Under the pieces are notes generated by a model. It saw only the letters and a program-made list of their open reading frames with translations, did not search any database and was not told where the DNA came from. Of a stretch of DNA of 40,546 nt, positions 1 to 8,707 are shown one piece after another. Within the stretch, counting starts at the first letter, position 1. Each line of letters starts with the position of its first letter. A program made the position numbers and the translations under genes. Source of the DNA: a virus; the IMG/VR virus record IMGVR_UViG_3300004481_000286, positions 1 to 40,546 of that record; one strand, 5' to 3'.

Positions 1-60
1 TGCATCGCCATTTGCTCACCGCTGGCGATTGCGCCTTGGGTGAAGAAATAGGTTGCGTAC
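1..60. repeat. 60-bp terminal direct repeat, copy 1 (identical to 40487-40546); circular closure overlap or terminal redundancy
   Basis: Read directly. tgcatcgccatttgctcaccgctggcgattgcgccttgggtgaagaaataggttgcgtac occurs at both ends of the window. Confidence 0.95.
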
Positions 61-827
61 TCGGTGGTGGAGCCGCTGCCGTCAGTCTGCACATCGTCGG
101 AAACGATGACGCGCAGGCCGCAGTAGGTAGGAACGTCAACGCTGCCGCCGTAAGCAGCAACCAGCGAACCGCCCGATTGGGTGGTGCTAGTGCCACGGGC
201 ATCAGCGGTGGACACATAGTCGATCGCCTTGCGCTCAACCAGGTCGTAATAAACCTTGGAGTGCATCGCAATGGCGGTCAGCTTGTCGCCTTGGTCACCC
301 AGCAGCGACTTAGCTTCAGCAACGTGGCGAGGGGACAACACTGTGGGGGTGTCGCCCGATTCGCCGTCGATCGTCAGCGGGAAGAAAGCAGCAGATGCTG
401 AGGTGGTGCCAAGGCTGCCGAACACGCCAGCGAGGCAAGACAGCAGATCCTTTTGACGCTGGTTAGCGATGTAATCAGCGATCTTGGCGCCGATGGCAGC
501 CATGGGGTCACTTCCCGCCGCCAACGCAGCGAGATCGCGCGATTCAAAGGCCCGCCCTCTATGCAGGATCACGCCAACTTGCTTGTCGGCTTGGATCTTG
601 CCGGGGATCAGCGAGGTGCTGTCAGTCAGCACTTCAAAGTCGCCGGAAAGGTTAGCTTTCCAGAAAGGAACGTTGATAAAATCACCGCCCTCGGTCGCAT
701 TCAGCTCCGCCAGGGGCTGCACCACACCGGAAGCCAAAAAGGCATCACGTTGAGTGGTTTGCTCAATGACGTACGGAGTAAAAACCTCGGGGATGATGAT
801 GTCAGAGCGAAGAGTCGCCATGATTGA
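1..827 (-). CDS. major capsid protein, N-terminal ~275 codons (the gene continues across the circular junction into 40279-40486)
   Basis: The minus-strand ATG at 827 has AGGTGA upstream. My own translation reads MATLRSDIIIPEVFTPYVIEQTTQRDAFLASGVV... and stays open to base 1. It is absent from the ORF track because it runs off the edge. Through the 60-bp repeat it is in frame with the minus ORF 40279-40497. It sits directly downstream of a scaffold-like gene. The plus-strand ORFs listed here look non-coding. Confidence 0.85.
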
Positions 828-893
828 TCACCTGAAATGGTTTAGGGATTTGGGCGCAGCCCCATATCACCAGCGCAGCCGGCTGGTAATAGC

Positions 894-1574
894 CTAGCGT
901 GCTGCTGCAGCTTTAAGCCTTTCGTACAAATCACGATCTGTCTTAAACAGCCGCGATTGTTCGGTCAGATTGAACGAATCTGGCGCAAATGGATTCTTGA
1001 TGCCAGCGGGCACAGCAGATGGTGCGCCGCTGGTTGGCGCGCCTGAGCCCTGCGGCCTAGGTTGCTTTTGCATCCATGCGGGCAATGTTGACTTAGCCCA
1101 TTCGGTGACAGGCGTGCGTTGATAGCCATCAACCACTACGACGGTGCCATCGGGGTCGCGTTCGATTTGATCGGCGGCCAGCTTGGTCTTTAGCACCATG
1201 TCTGGATCGTGGACAATATCCGCCAATGCGGTGACGGCTGGCGCAACTAGCTCTAACTCGCGGACGCGGGCTTCGAGTTCGCTGATGCGCTGGTCCTTTT
1301 GCGCCGTCGCCTCACGGAACTGGTGCTCCAGAGATTGTCTGGCTTCTTGGTATTTGCCTTGGGATTCAAGTTCAGATTGTTCAGCTCTGCGCTTGAATTC
1401 AAGTAGCTCTTCAACGTTGACACCATCGGGCACCTTTGGCGCTTTTGATTTCGCTTGCCGCAGTTCAGCAATCAGCTCTTGGTTTTTGCGTTCCAGTGCC
1501 TCAACACTGCGTTGCAGCGCTTCGGTATCAACCCCAGTAGCCGCAGGCTCTTGAGTTTGGTTTTCGTCAGACAT
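894..1574 (-). CDS. scaffolding protein (candidate)
   Basis: 226 aa. It is acidic and heptad-rich (ALERKNQELIAELRQAKSK, ISELEARVRELE) and lies immediately upstream of the capsid gene, which is the typical scaffold position and composition. Confidence 0.6.
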   Translation of the reverse strand: MSDENQTQEPAATGVDTEALQRSVEALERKNQELIAELRQAKSKAPKVPDGVNVEELLEFKRRAEQSELESQGKYQEARQSLEHQFREATAQKDQRISELEARVRELELVAPAVTALADIVHDPDMVLKTKLAADQIERDPDGTVVVVDGYQRTPVTEWAKSTLPAWMQKQPRPQGSGAPTSGAPSAVPAGIKNPFAPDSFNLTEQSRLFKTDRDLYERLKAAAAR

Positions 1575-1606
1575 GAATAACCCGCAGGGTTAAGTGCAAG
1601 CCTAGG

Positions 1607-1879
1607 TTACCATTTTTCGCGGTCAGCCCAAAATGCAGCCGACATTTTACCTTTAGCTATGTTGCTGGCATGACGCGCTTTGAATGATGCCCTTCTGGCC
1701 TTGTCTGCTGCTGATTCTCCTTTTCGTGACGGTGAGCCAGATACGCCCTGCTGGCCGAAACGGATGAGCTTGACCGTTTCACCTTCCTTGGCTAATACCG
1801 CGTGCGATTTGTTGGGATGCTTGGGCGTCCGCTTGGGTTTGTTGTAGCCCTCGAATTGCTCGCCGCGATAGGTGATCAC
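1607..1879 (-). CDS. small basic protein of unknown function
   Basis: 90 aa and Lys/Arg rich (KPKRTPKHPNKSH, KARRASFKARH). The GTG start at 1879 overlaps the TGA of the upstream 54-aa ORF (GTGA), suggesting translational coupling. Confidence 0.55.
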   Translation of the reverse strand: MITYRGEQFEGYNKPKRTPKHPNKSHAVLAKEGETVKLIRFGQQGVSGSPSRKGESAADKARRASFKARHASNIAKGKMSAAFWADREKW

Positions 1880-2040
1880 TTGCGCTTCCGTGCCTTGCCA
1901 GCTTCAGATAGGGCAATTGCGATTGCCTGTTTCCGGCCTTTGACCTTTGGACCCTTGCCGGGACCTGGCTTGCCGCTTTTGAGTGTTCCGGCTTTGTACT
2001 CCGACATCACCTTGCCCACCTTGTCCATCTTCTTTGCCAT
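1876..2040 (-). CDS. 54-aa basic protein (KQAIAIALSEA motif, DUF6496-like from memory); absent from the ORF track
   Basis: My own translation is MAKKMDKVGKVMSEYKAGTLKSGKPGPGKGPKVKGRKQAIAIALSEAGKARKRK. AGGAG lies 7 nt upstream of the ATG at 2040. The stop overlaps the next gene's start. Confidence 0.6.
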   Translation of the reverse strand: MAKKMDKVGKVMSEYKAGTLKSGKPGPGKGPKVKGRKQAIAIALSEAGKARKRK

Positions 2041-2218
2041 CACGCCACTCCTGGATACCTGTTAGCAGGTTAGCGCCATCAGCGGTTGCCCATCCTTTGT
2101 CGGTGTACAGCGCCGGCACCCATGCCTCACCGACCAGTGCCTCGACGGGATCGCTAAAGATGGTGTAGATCCCTTGGCTGCGAAAATGTCGAAGGCTAGG
2201 CAGGTCCATATCGGGCAC
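1904..2218 (-). CDS. hypothetical protein; 3' extent doubtful because it overlaps the 54-aa ORF by 137 nt
   Basis: The first ~59 codons (MPDMDLPSLRHFRSQGIYTIFSDPVEALVGEAWVPALYTDKGWATADGANLLTGIQEWR) have GC-rich third positions like other genes here. The C-terminal part (GGQGDVGVQSRNTQKRQARSRQ...) looks like out-of-frame translation of the 54-aa gene. Confidence 0.3.
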   Translation of the reverse strand: MPDMDLPSLRHFRSQGIYTIFSDPVEALVGEAWVPALYTDKGWATADGANLLTGIQEWRDGKEDGQGGQGDVGVQSRNTQKRQARSRQGSKGQRPETGNRNCPI

Positions 2219-3386
2219 GAAGCTGATCTAAGGTTAGCTCAGAGCCATCGTCGCGTACCAATTTGGCGATGGCATCCTTAGGCCCGTACTTATCCGCCAG
2301 CCGGTCAAAGTAGGCAACCTTATTAGCGCCGATTGCTTTTGCCTTGGTTGGTAGATCTTGCTTAGCTAGCCACTGGCCATACGACTGATCAGCTGGCACC
2401 TGCCCATCTGCTGATGCACGCTTAGCTGGCGGTGGTGGCTCGAAACCCAAGGCGTCGTAATCAATAACCGGCACGGTAGTGCTGCGGCAGTTGAAATGCT
2501 GCGGTGGCATTGGCCCGCGGCCATACTCAAACTCTCGACCATCCAATGCGGCACAGCGAGCAGATGTGCGCGTATCCAGCGTGGCAACGTAGCGATACTT
2601 TTTAGTGATGTCTTGATTGGCCTCGTATACCTGCTGACTTGCGGTATTGGCCACCTGATTGATGCTAGTTCTGACGATGGTCATAACTTGATTATCTGCC
2701 ACGGCAGTAGCCTGTCCACCTGCTGCGACCAGTTGGCGCACGGTCTTAGCTTCTTCGCCGAATTGAAGGCTGCCGATCAAACGCTTTGCAATGTCAGGCG
2801 TAGTTTCACCAGTGAGCAACCCATTGCGCACAACTTGACCGAACCGTTCGGCCTGGTCAACAGCGATGCCCCGAAATGCCTTGGTGATCACCTCACCATT
2901 TGGCAGCGTGATGGTGGCACCTTGCGCGGCAGTCAGGCTGAATGTTTGCGGTGCGCCTTGCACTGCTGCAAATAGATCATCCGATAATGCCACCACGTTG
3001 AGCTGCGTCGGGTCTGTAGTGACCACCGACTGCGCAAACTGCGGGCTGATCTCAACGGTGCGTACTGCATCACGGGCGCCAGCAGGTAATGCCCTGGCCA
3101 GTTGATCGGTAACAAACTCCGATTGCAGCTCCGCTAATCCTTGCAGCTCTAATGCCGTCAGTTCAGTTGCATCACCTGCCCATGTACCAAGCGACTCCTT
3201 CAGCTGCGCCAAGATGCCGCGTAACCTTGCCGCTTTAACTGGCGCCGCTAGCTCATCAATGGTGCGTAGTTGATTGGTTGCATCGATGATGATGTCGTTA
3301 TAGGCGTTGATGATCCGCCGCGCTACAGAGTTGCTGTAGCGGTTCAGGTCGATAGCGTTCCGATATAGCGCCTCAGGTGTGCTCAT
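2196..3386 (-). CDS. head morphogenesis / minor head protein, Mu F (SPP1 gp7)-like
   Basis: 396 aa. The C-terminal signature YRYVATLDTRTSARCAALDGREFEYGRGPMPPQHFNCRSTTVPV matches the Phage_Mu_F motif. It lies downstream of the portal. The start shares an ATGA overlap with the upstream gene. Confidence 0.88.
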   Translation of the reverse strand: MSTPEALYRNAIDLNRYSNSVARRIINAYNDIIIDATNQLRTIDELAAPVKAARLRGILAQLKESLGTWAGDATELTALELQGLAELQSEFVTDQLARALPAGARDAVRTVEISPQFAQSVVTTDPTQLNVVALSDDLFAAVQGAPQTFSLTAAQGATITLPNGEVITKAFRGIAVDQAERFGQVVRNGLLTGETTPDIAKRLIGSLQFGEEAKTVRQLVAAGGQATAVADNQVMTIVRTSINQVANTASQQVYEANQDITKKYRYVATLDTRTSARCAALDGREFEYGRGPMPPQHFNCRSTTVPVIDYDALGFEPPPPAKRASADGQVPADQSYGQWLAKQDLPTKAKAIGANKVAYFDRLADKYGPKDAIAKLVRDDGSELTLDQLRARYGPA

Positions 3387-3703
3387 GGAAAGATCCCAAG
3401 GTCCTCGGGTTTGTAGCCAGATCGGATGCTGACATTGGCGCCGCGCTTAAGTGAATTGCCGACCAATGCTGCAAATGCCTCATAACCATTCTGATCGTCC
3501 TCCATTAGCACCACTTGATCTACCTCATCAGCTTTGCCATTTCTGTACCATGTGACGCGCACAATGGCAAGGATCTCTTCGGGTAGCGCTGAGATGTGAT
3601 AATCAAGCGTTGGTTTCCTCGGTGGTATCGGCTCTAGTTTCTCCATCATTTCGATCAGCCTGTCGGTCGTCCAATCGAGCAGATTGTAGATCCAGTCCCG
3701 CAT
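3383..3703 (-). CDS. hypothetical protein between portal and Mu-F-like gene
   Basis: ORF 3383-3718. The first codon in the track is TTG. The ATG at 3703 has GAGG 9 nt upstream. Alternative ATGs lie at 3649 and 3646. The gene overlaps the portal 3' end, so the start is uncertain. Confidence 0.5.
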   Translation of the reverse strand: MRDWIYNLLDWTTDRLIEMMEKLEPIPPRKPTLDYHISALPEEILAIVRVTWYRNGKADEVDQVVLMEDDQNGYEAFAALVGNSLKRGANVSIRSGYKPEDLGIFP

Positions 3704-5048
3704 TGGCCGTCGCCTCAAGCTCGTCCTCTACGTTAAAGTCATCACCCAGCACCTCACCATCAGCAAGGTTCTGCAGCAGTGTTTCTTGGGTGATGGTGCC
3801 AGCAGTGTAAAGCTGCAGCAGGCTTTGGATCTCCTGCGGCTCAAGGCGTGCGCCGATGAAGTCGCGGTTAACCAGGCAGCTGCCAGCGGCTTCACCTTGG
3901 CCTAAGTACTCCGCATGAAATTGCAGGCTGTTGTCGATCATGTCTTGCACGTTTTGCGCAATGACCATCATCGTGCTATCGCCTTGACTGCGATCAATGC
4001 GCTTAGCTTCAGCGGTTTCAGCCGATAGCTTCTGGCCTAACACTGCTGATAGGCCTAGCTCGTTAATTTGCGCGGCGAGCTGCTCAAGCCGGCGGAATTG
4101 ATAGTCGAAGCTGCTGCCACCTGGCTCGATGTACTCAGCGCGGCCATCAGCTGGAAATGCGATCGCCTCACCAGGGCCAGCTGATACCTCTTCTGCAGCA
4201 GACGGGAAGCCATAAAACGCCAGCATCGGCACTGCTGAGATATGCAGCTGGTTGTCAAGGTCCGACTGCACTTGGTAGGTCTTTAGGTTCAGCTCGGCGA
4301 TATCCTCAAGCGGTGGCCGTGATTCCATGTAGCCATGCCGGTTGGCATAAGCGACGCTGAATGGGATCTGATCGAGGCTGGTGGTGCCTTCATCGATGAT
4401 GCGGAACTCGCCCTGATCATCTTTCTGATGCAGCTGGTAGGCGCCAGGCGTTAGCAGCCGCACTTGCTCCACTGCTTTCTCGCCGTATTCGCCATCGGGC
4501 ACGATGGTTGATTCCAGCAGCCGCAACTGGGTGAGACGCTGCTGGCCATCTTGCAGCTCACTGCGCCAACCAAGGATTTGCCTTGGGGTGTATGTCACCC
4601 AATAGGGCCGACCCCCATCAGACGGTGCATCCACCAATGTACCAACGTGGCCATAACGGACCAATTGGCGTGCGGTTTCGTAGGTCCAAACGTTGAGGTC
4701 ATTGCCTTGCAGGTCAACATCAAACAACTGCTCGCGGATCGTGTCGCTAGTGTCGTCCAGTCGCACTGGCTTACGGGTCAACATGCCAGCCAGCATCCGC
4801 TCAAGCCGCTGATAGTACGGCGGGCAGACGCTACGCGCTAAGCGGTTGTCGTAGGACTCGTCAAGCTCGCGTGGCTCCTGCGGCAGGTAACGGCGATGCT
4901 TGCGGCGCATCCCGTAGGTGCCCTGCATCAAGTCTTCGATCAGCAGCCAATGCGGTTCCTGTGCGTACCAAATGGTATTAGGATCGTTGACCTTTGTGAC
5001 CTGCCGTTTGGCAAGCGGCCTGTCGTATGCGTTAAAGCCGGAATACAT
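3603..5048 (-). CDS. portal protein
   Basis: 481 aa, with size and position (after the terminase block, before the Mu-F-like gene) typical of a portal. The N-terminal region (QEPRELDESYDNRLARSVCPPYYQRLERMLAGML) resembles the DUF4055-type portal N-terminus from memory. It has an acidic C-terminal tail. Confidence 0.8.
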   Translation of the reverse strand: MYSGFNAYDRPLAKRQVTKVNDPNTIWYAQEPHWLLIEDLMQGTYGMRRKHRRYLPQEPRELDESYDNRLARSVCPPYYQRLERMLAGMLTRKPVRLDDTSDTIREQLFDVDLQGNDLNVWTYETARQLVRYGHVGTLVDAPSDGGRPYWVTYTPRQILGWRSELQDGQQRLTQLRLLESTIVPDGEYGEKAVEQVRLLTPGAYQLHQKDDQGEFRIIDEGTTSLDQIPFSVAYANRHGYMESRPPLEDIAELNLKTYQVQSDLDNQLHISAVPMLAFYGFPSAAEEVSAGPGEAIAFPADGRAEYIEPGGSSFDYQFRRLEQLAAQINELGLSAVLGQKLSAETAEAKRIDRSQGDSTMMVIAQNVQDMIDNSLQFHAEYLGQGEAAGSCLVNRDFIGARLEPQEIQSLLQLYTAGTITQETLLQNLADGEVLGDDFNVEDELEATANAGLDLQSARLDDRQADRNDGETRADTTEETNA

Positions 5049-5072
5049 TAGGCCGCCTGCGATGCCAACAGT

Positions 5073-5390
5073 TTAAGCAGCTACCAGCGTGATGCTGTTG
5101 CGGCCTAGTTTGATTTCAAATTCAGCGCCAGGTTTGAAACCAATCTGCTCGACATAGGCCGAGCCAACCATCAGGTTGCCGTTGAATTGGACTTTAGCCT
5201 TATGGCTGAGCTTGCGGCCCATCTTCTTGGGTGGGCTCAGCTCAACGCCTTTTGCTTCAAGCAACGCATCGTAAAACTGCGTGAAGCACAGCTTGTCGCC
5301 TTTGATGTAGCCGCACTCGCGGACGATCTCAGATTTATTGCAGCTGCCAAGCTCCTTGACTTTGGCGAGCAGTTCAGATCCGGTCAGCAT
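5073..5390 (-). CDS. cyanobacterial-type AbrB family DNA-binding protein (cyAbrB-like, C-terminal SpoVT/AbrB domain)
   Basis: 105 aa. The pattern GSELLAKVKEL...CGY...FYDALLEAKGVEL...KVQFNGNLMVGSAYVEQIGFKPGAEFEIKLGRNSITL matches the remembered cyAbrB (CalA/Sll0359/Sll0822-type) layout, in which the AbrB swapped-hairpin domain is C-terminal. Confidence 0.7.
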   Translation of the reverse strand: MLTGSELLAKVKELGSCNKSEIVRECGYIKGDKLCFTQFYDALLEAKGVELSPPKKMGRKLSHKAKVQFNGNLMVGSAYVEQIGFKPGAEFEIKLGRNSITLVAA

Positions 5391-5414
5391 TTGGTATGGA
5401 ATTGCTGGGCTTGC

Positions 5415-5597
5415 TTAGGGTAGCAGATCACGGCAAATCTGCTCGCTAAAGCTGTTGAGCGCAGCATCAACCAGCCCGCGAAAATCAACGACGCAGCACG
5501 CGTGGCATACGGTGCGGCCATCCTCAAGTTGCCAGCCATTGGGCGGGCCTTTGTCTTGACCGATCGGCCCGCCGCAGTCGTGGCAAGTCATGCCCAT
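5415..5597 (-). CDS. small Cys-rich (zinc-finger-like) protein
   Basis: 60 aa with CHDCGG...CHACC. The start overlaps the stop of the upstream ORF. Confidence 0.5.
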   Translation of the reverse strand: MGMTCHDCGGPIGQDKGPPNGWQLEDGRTVCHACCVVDFRGLVDAALNSFSEQICRDLLP

Positions 5598-5965
5598 TGC
5601 TGGATCAGCAGCTTGGCATCAGCGCGGAAGCTGGCGGCCACCTCGCGGATCACCTCACGGGTGAGCTTGGTGCCTGAGCGGCGCAGATCCATCAGTTGGT
5701 TGCTGGCGCGGCCAAAAGCTGCATCGCGCTCGGCGCGGATCTCTTTGGTGACCTGCTGGCGAGTCTTGCCGCTGTTGCGGGCGGCGCAGACTTGGCCGAA
5801 GTGAACCAGCTCGCCAAGATCAGACTGCATCAGCACAGTGGCCTTGAGATCTTTGCGGCCACAGCAGTCGCAAGTGGTAACGGAGTCGTCGAGGCAAATG
5901 GCGGTGTAGGTCATGGCTCGGTTTGGGGTGCCGGTCTTGCCGGCTGTCCCCATAGTGTACACCAT
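5588..5965 (-). CDS. hypothetical Cys-containing protein (start uncertain)
   Basis: ORF 5588-6046 overlaps the TerL 3' end. The first ATG after the TerL stop is at 5965, and another lies at 5914. It contains CDCCGRKDLK...FGQVCAAR. Confidence 0.45.
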   Translation of the reverse strand: MVYTMGTAGKTGTPNRAMTYTAICLDDSVTTCDCCGRKDLKATVLMQSDLGELVHFGQVCAARNSGKTRQQVTKEIRAERDAAFGRASNQLMDLRRSGTKLTREVIREVAASFRADAKLLIQQWA

Positions 5966-5987
5966 CGGCAGCCGTTGGCAACCCTGC

Positions 5988-7337
5988 TCAGTAGAGGCGC
6001 ACGCCTGTGCCACGTCCGGCACCTGCGTGCAGGGGGTTGAACTCACGCCAGATCAGATAGCCCAGTGCGTCATTCATGTGGTCATGGCCGCCGTCTTTGT
6101 CGGGGTCGCCTTTTTCGGTGTAGCACTGCAGCTCTAAGCATTCGATCAGCCGCTTGCAAGTTTCTGACACTTGCATCCTGACTTGCCCTTTGCCGTTTTC
6201 CAGCAGAGCCTGAACAGCAGCCACCCGATCACGAACGGGAGGGTTTGCCTTAGGCGACTGGTTGGACATCCCGTAGGACTCCAGAATCTGGATGTCAGTG
6301 CGGGTTGCGTTGGTGCTGCGGTTGCCGCCGCTGGCATCTGGGTAGACGTACATCCGCCGATCCGGGTAGCGCGACTTGATCTCCTGTGCCATGGCGTCAG
6401 TGTCATGCGCGCCGCTGATCTCATCAATGATTAGCAGCTTGTCGCCCATGCGTACGGCGATAACAGCAGACATGTTGCCAACGTTAAAGTCAACGCCGAT
6501 ACGCAATGGCTCGCGGTCAAGGTCTGGCAGCTCAGCGGTTACATGCTTGAGACGATCAAAGCGGTCGTAAACCGTGCCGGTAGCAAGGTTGACGAAATCA
6601 CCATCAAGATATGCCCGCAGCATCGTCGGGTCATAGTTGGCCTGCAGCCGCTCAATGAAGTCCGGCGGCAGGTGCGGGTTATCTACTGACCGCATCTTGA
6701 TGAGCTTGCGATCCTCACGCCCTTGTGCCTCTTCACTGCCGAATGTGTTCCACATCCAGCGGAAACCTTCTGGCGTGGATGCAGCGCCGAATTGGCGGAC
6801 ATTGCCAGACCGCAAGCGACCAAGAATCTTAGGGAATGCCTTGTTGGCGATGCTGGGCGTCACGGTGTCGATCTCATCCGCTAACACCCATGCAAGGTTC
6901 AAGCCGATGATGCGTGACCAGTTCTCAAAGGATCGGCACAGGATCTTGGTGTCACCGCCTGGTAGGTGCAGCGTGTATTCAGGCAGCGGACTAGCCCTAA
7001 AGGTGTAGGGGATTTCGTAAGCATCTAAAAAATCATCGAAGTCGTTTTGCCAGATGTCACGGATCAGCGGTCCAGTCGGCTCCATCACAGCACCGATAAA
7101 GCCTTGATTGACAGCGGCAAGCATCACCGCCTTGGCGCATAGCGCACGGGTTTTGCCAGCGCCATAGCCAGCACTGATACCGATGATCTGCGTGGCGGTG
7201 TCATCGACAAACGCAAGTTGCCCTGGATGCAGGTCGGCGCGGATGCGATCCAGTAAATCCCCAGTGTCTTCCTGCGTAGCAACATCCATAAACCCAAGCA
7301 GCTTGCCGGGTTGCACGATGCCTGCTAGCAGGCTCAT
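5988..7337 (-). CDS. terL: terminase large subunit
   Basis: 449 aa. Walker A is GISAGYGAGKT and Walker B-like is LAWVLADEID. The C-terminal RNaseH-like nuclease region is IGVDFNVGN...YPDASGG. It shares an ATGA overlap with the upstream small subunit candidate. Confidence 0.9.
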   Translation of the reverse strand: MSLLAGIVQPGKLLGFMDVATQEDTGDLLDRIRADLHPGQLAFVDDTATQIIGISAGYGAGKTRALCAKAVMLAAVNQGFIGAVMEPTGPLIRDIWQNDFDDFLDAYEIPYTFRASPLPEYTLHLPGGDTKILCRSFENWSRIIGLNLAWVLADEIDTVTPSIANKAFPKILGRLRSGNVRQFGAASTPEGFRWMWNTFGSEEAQGREDRKLIKMRSVDNPHLPPDFIERLQANYDPTMLRAYLDGDFVNLATGTVYDRFDRLKHVTAELPDLDREPLRIGVDFNVGNMSAVIAVRMGDKLLIIDEISGAHDTDAMAQEIKSRYPDRRMYVYPDASGGNRSTNATRTDIQILESYGMSNQSPKANPPVRDRVAAVQALLENGKGQVRMQVSETCKRLIECLELQCYTEKGDPDKDGGHDHMNDALGYLIWREFNPLHAGAGRGTGVRLY

Positions 7338-7657
7338 GACATCTCAAACCGCAGCAGTTTTGCTTGATCCTCTAGAGCTTTAATGGCGACGCTTAGGTTG
7401 CCTTTATCTCGTGCCAATCGCTCGTAATCCTGCAGTCGCGCTAGTGCAGCTTGCAGCCATTGCGGACGTTCTAGTTCCGAATCAAGGGCAATCAGCTTAC
7501 GCGCTTCAGCCATGTAATCCCGCACTTGGCGTTCACTGACGCCCCATAGCTCGGAACCGTGCTGAACAATTTGATTATGGCTGTGAGCACGCAGGATGAG
7601 GTCATAAACCACGTTGACGCGGTTCTGAATCTCATCCTTAGTGCTTTTCTTGGCCAT
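7334..7657 (-). CDS. terS: terminase small subunit (candidate)
   Basis: 107 aa and helical or HTH-like (GVSERQVRDYMAEARK). It lies immediately upstream of TerL and is translationally coupled to it. The assignment rests on position only. Confidence 0.55.
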   Translation of the reverse strand: MAKKSTKDEIQNRVNVVYDLILRAHSHNQIVQHGSELWGVSERQVRDYMAEARKLIALDSELERPQWLQAALARLQDYERLARDKGNLSVAIKALEDQAKLLRFEMS

Positions 7658-7666
7658 GCAAACAGC

Positions 7667-8707
7667 TTACCCTTTAATCTGCACCGGCATTACGAGATAC
7701 GTTACACCATCAATGCCTGCGGGTGTTAGCACCACTGGTGTGGTTGGTGCATTTGCGGACAGGGTAATGGCTTCTGCGGGCTTGAAAGCCTTGATGCCGT
7801 CTAGCAAGTAGTGGACATTGAATGCCCAGGTGCCTTTAGCGGTGCCTTCAATTTTGAGCAGCTCTTTGCCGTTATTGGCGTCAGATTCAGCAGTGATGGC
7901 AATGGTGCCGCCTGCGGCTTCCAGCTTGACGATGGAGTTGTGAGCATCGGCGATGATGGCAACACGCTCTAGCGCACGGGTGAAGCGGTGCCGGTCAATG
8001 GTGATGGTGTGCTTGAAATCAGCAGGGATCAGCTTGGTGATATCGGGGTAGGTGCCGTCGAGGATGCGGCTGTAGATGGTGATGCCATCACCAGCGTCGA
8101 TGACGCACTGGCCACCTGCTGACGCGATGCCAACGTGACGATCCTGCAGCAGGCGCATGGTGCTGGCGGGTAGCACCAAGTCAATGCCGTCGGGGAGGTC
8201 AACCGCGTACCGCATGAGGCGGTGCCCGTCGGTGGCCTCCATGTGGCCGTTGGCAAGGTGAATGCCTTGCAGCAGGGCTTTGCTTGCATCGGTGCTGGCA
8301 GCGGTCATGCAGGCGCGTACACCAGCCGATAGGGCTAGCTCAGCGCTAGGAGCCTCTACAGCAGGCATGGCGGGGTAATCCGCTGCATCCTGGGCCGCAA
8401 GCCCGTAGGAGCCGCTGGAAGCCGTCAGACCTCCATCGTGCAGCGTTACAGCCTCATCGGCATCCATGCGGCTCACAAGGCCCGCCAGGAGCCTGTATGG
8501 CAGCGCTACGGCGCCTTCAGTGTCAACCACGGCTGGCGCGGTAACGGTGATGCCAAGGTCCAGGTTGAATCCGGTGACGGACATGGTGCCGCCTGCGGCT
8601 TGGATCAGGCAGCAGTCAAGAATCGGGTGTGTGCTGCGGACGCCAATGGCTGGCGCAATAGTGCGCAAGGCGTTGTCGAGATCAAATTGACAGGTTGTGA
8701 ATTGCAC
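7667..8707 (-). CDS. dnaN: DNA polymerase III beta sliding clamp (DnaN) homologue
   Basis: The ORF is open from 8839. DnaN-like sequence starts about at QFTTCQFDLDNALRTIAPAIGVRSTHPILDCCLIQAAGGTMSVTGFNLDLGI and ends ...TYLVMPVQIKG. The GTG at 8707 gives a canonical M-x-F N-terminus. The ATGs at 8785 and 8839 would add a Pro/Ser/Ala-rich extension and overlap the DUF3310 gene. Confidence 0.82.
   Translation of the reverse strand: MQFTTCQFDLDNALRTIAPAIGVRSTHPILDCCLIQAAGGTMSVTGFNLDLGITVTAPAVVDTEGAVALPYRLLAGLVSRMDADEAVTLHDGGLTASSGSYGLAAQDAADYPAMPAVEAPSAELALSAGVRACMTAASTDASKALLQGIHLANGHMEATDGHRLMRYAVDLPDGIDLVLPASTMRLLQDRHVGIASAGGQCVIDAGDGITIYSRILDGTYPDITKLIPADFKHTITIDRHRFTRALERVAIIADAHNSIVKLEAAGGTIAITAESDANNGKELLKIEGTAKGTWAFNVHYLLDGIKAFKPAEAITLSANAPTTPVVLTPAGIDGVTYLVMPVQIKG

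Noticed and set aside
12-827. Plus-strand ORFs 12-401, 256-456, 453-827 and 484-753
   Set aside because: All are antisense to the capsid reading frame, which is open across the whole interval and continues through the circular junction.
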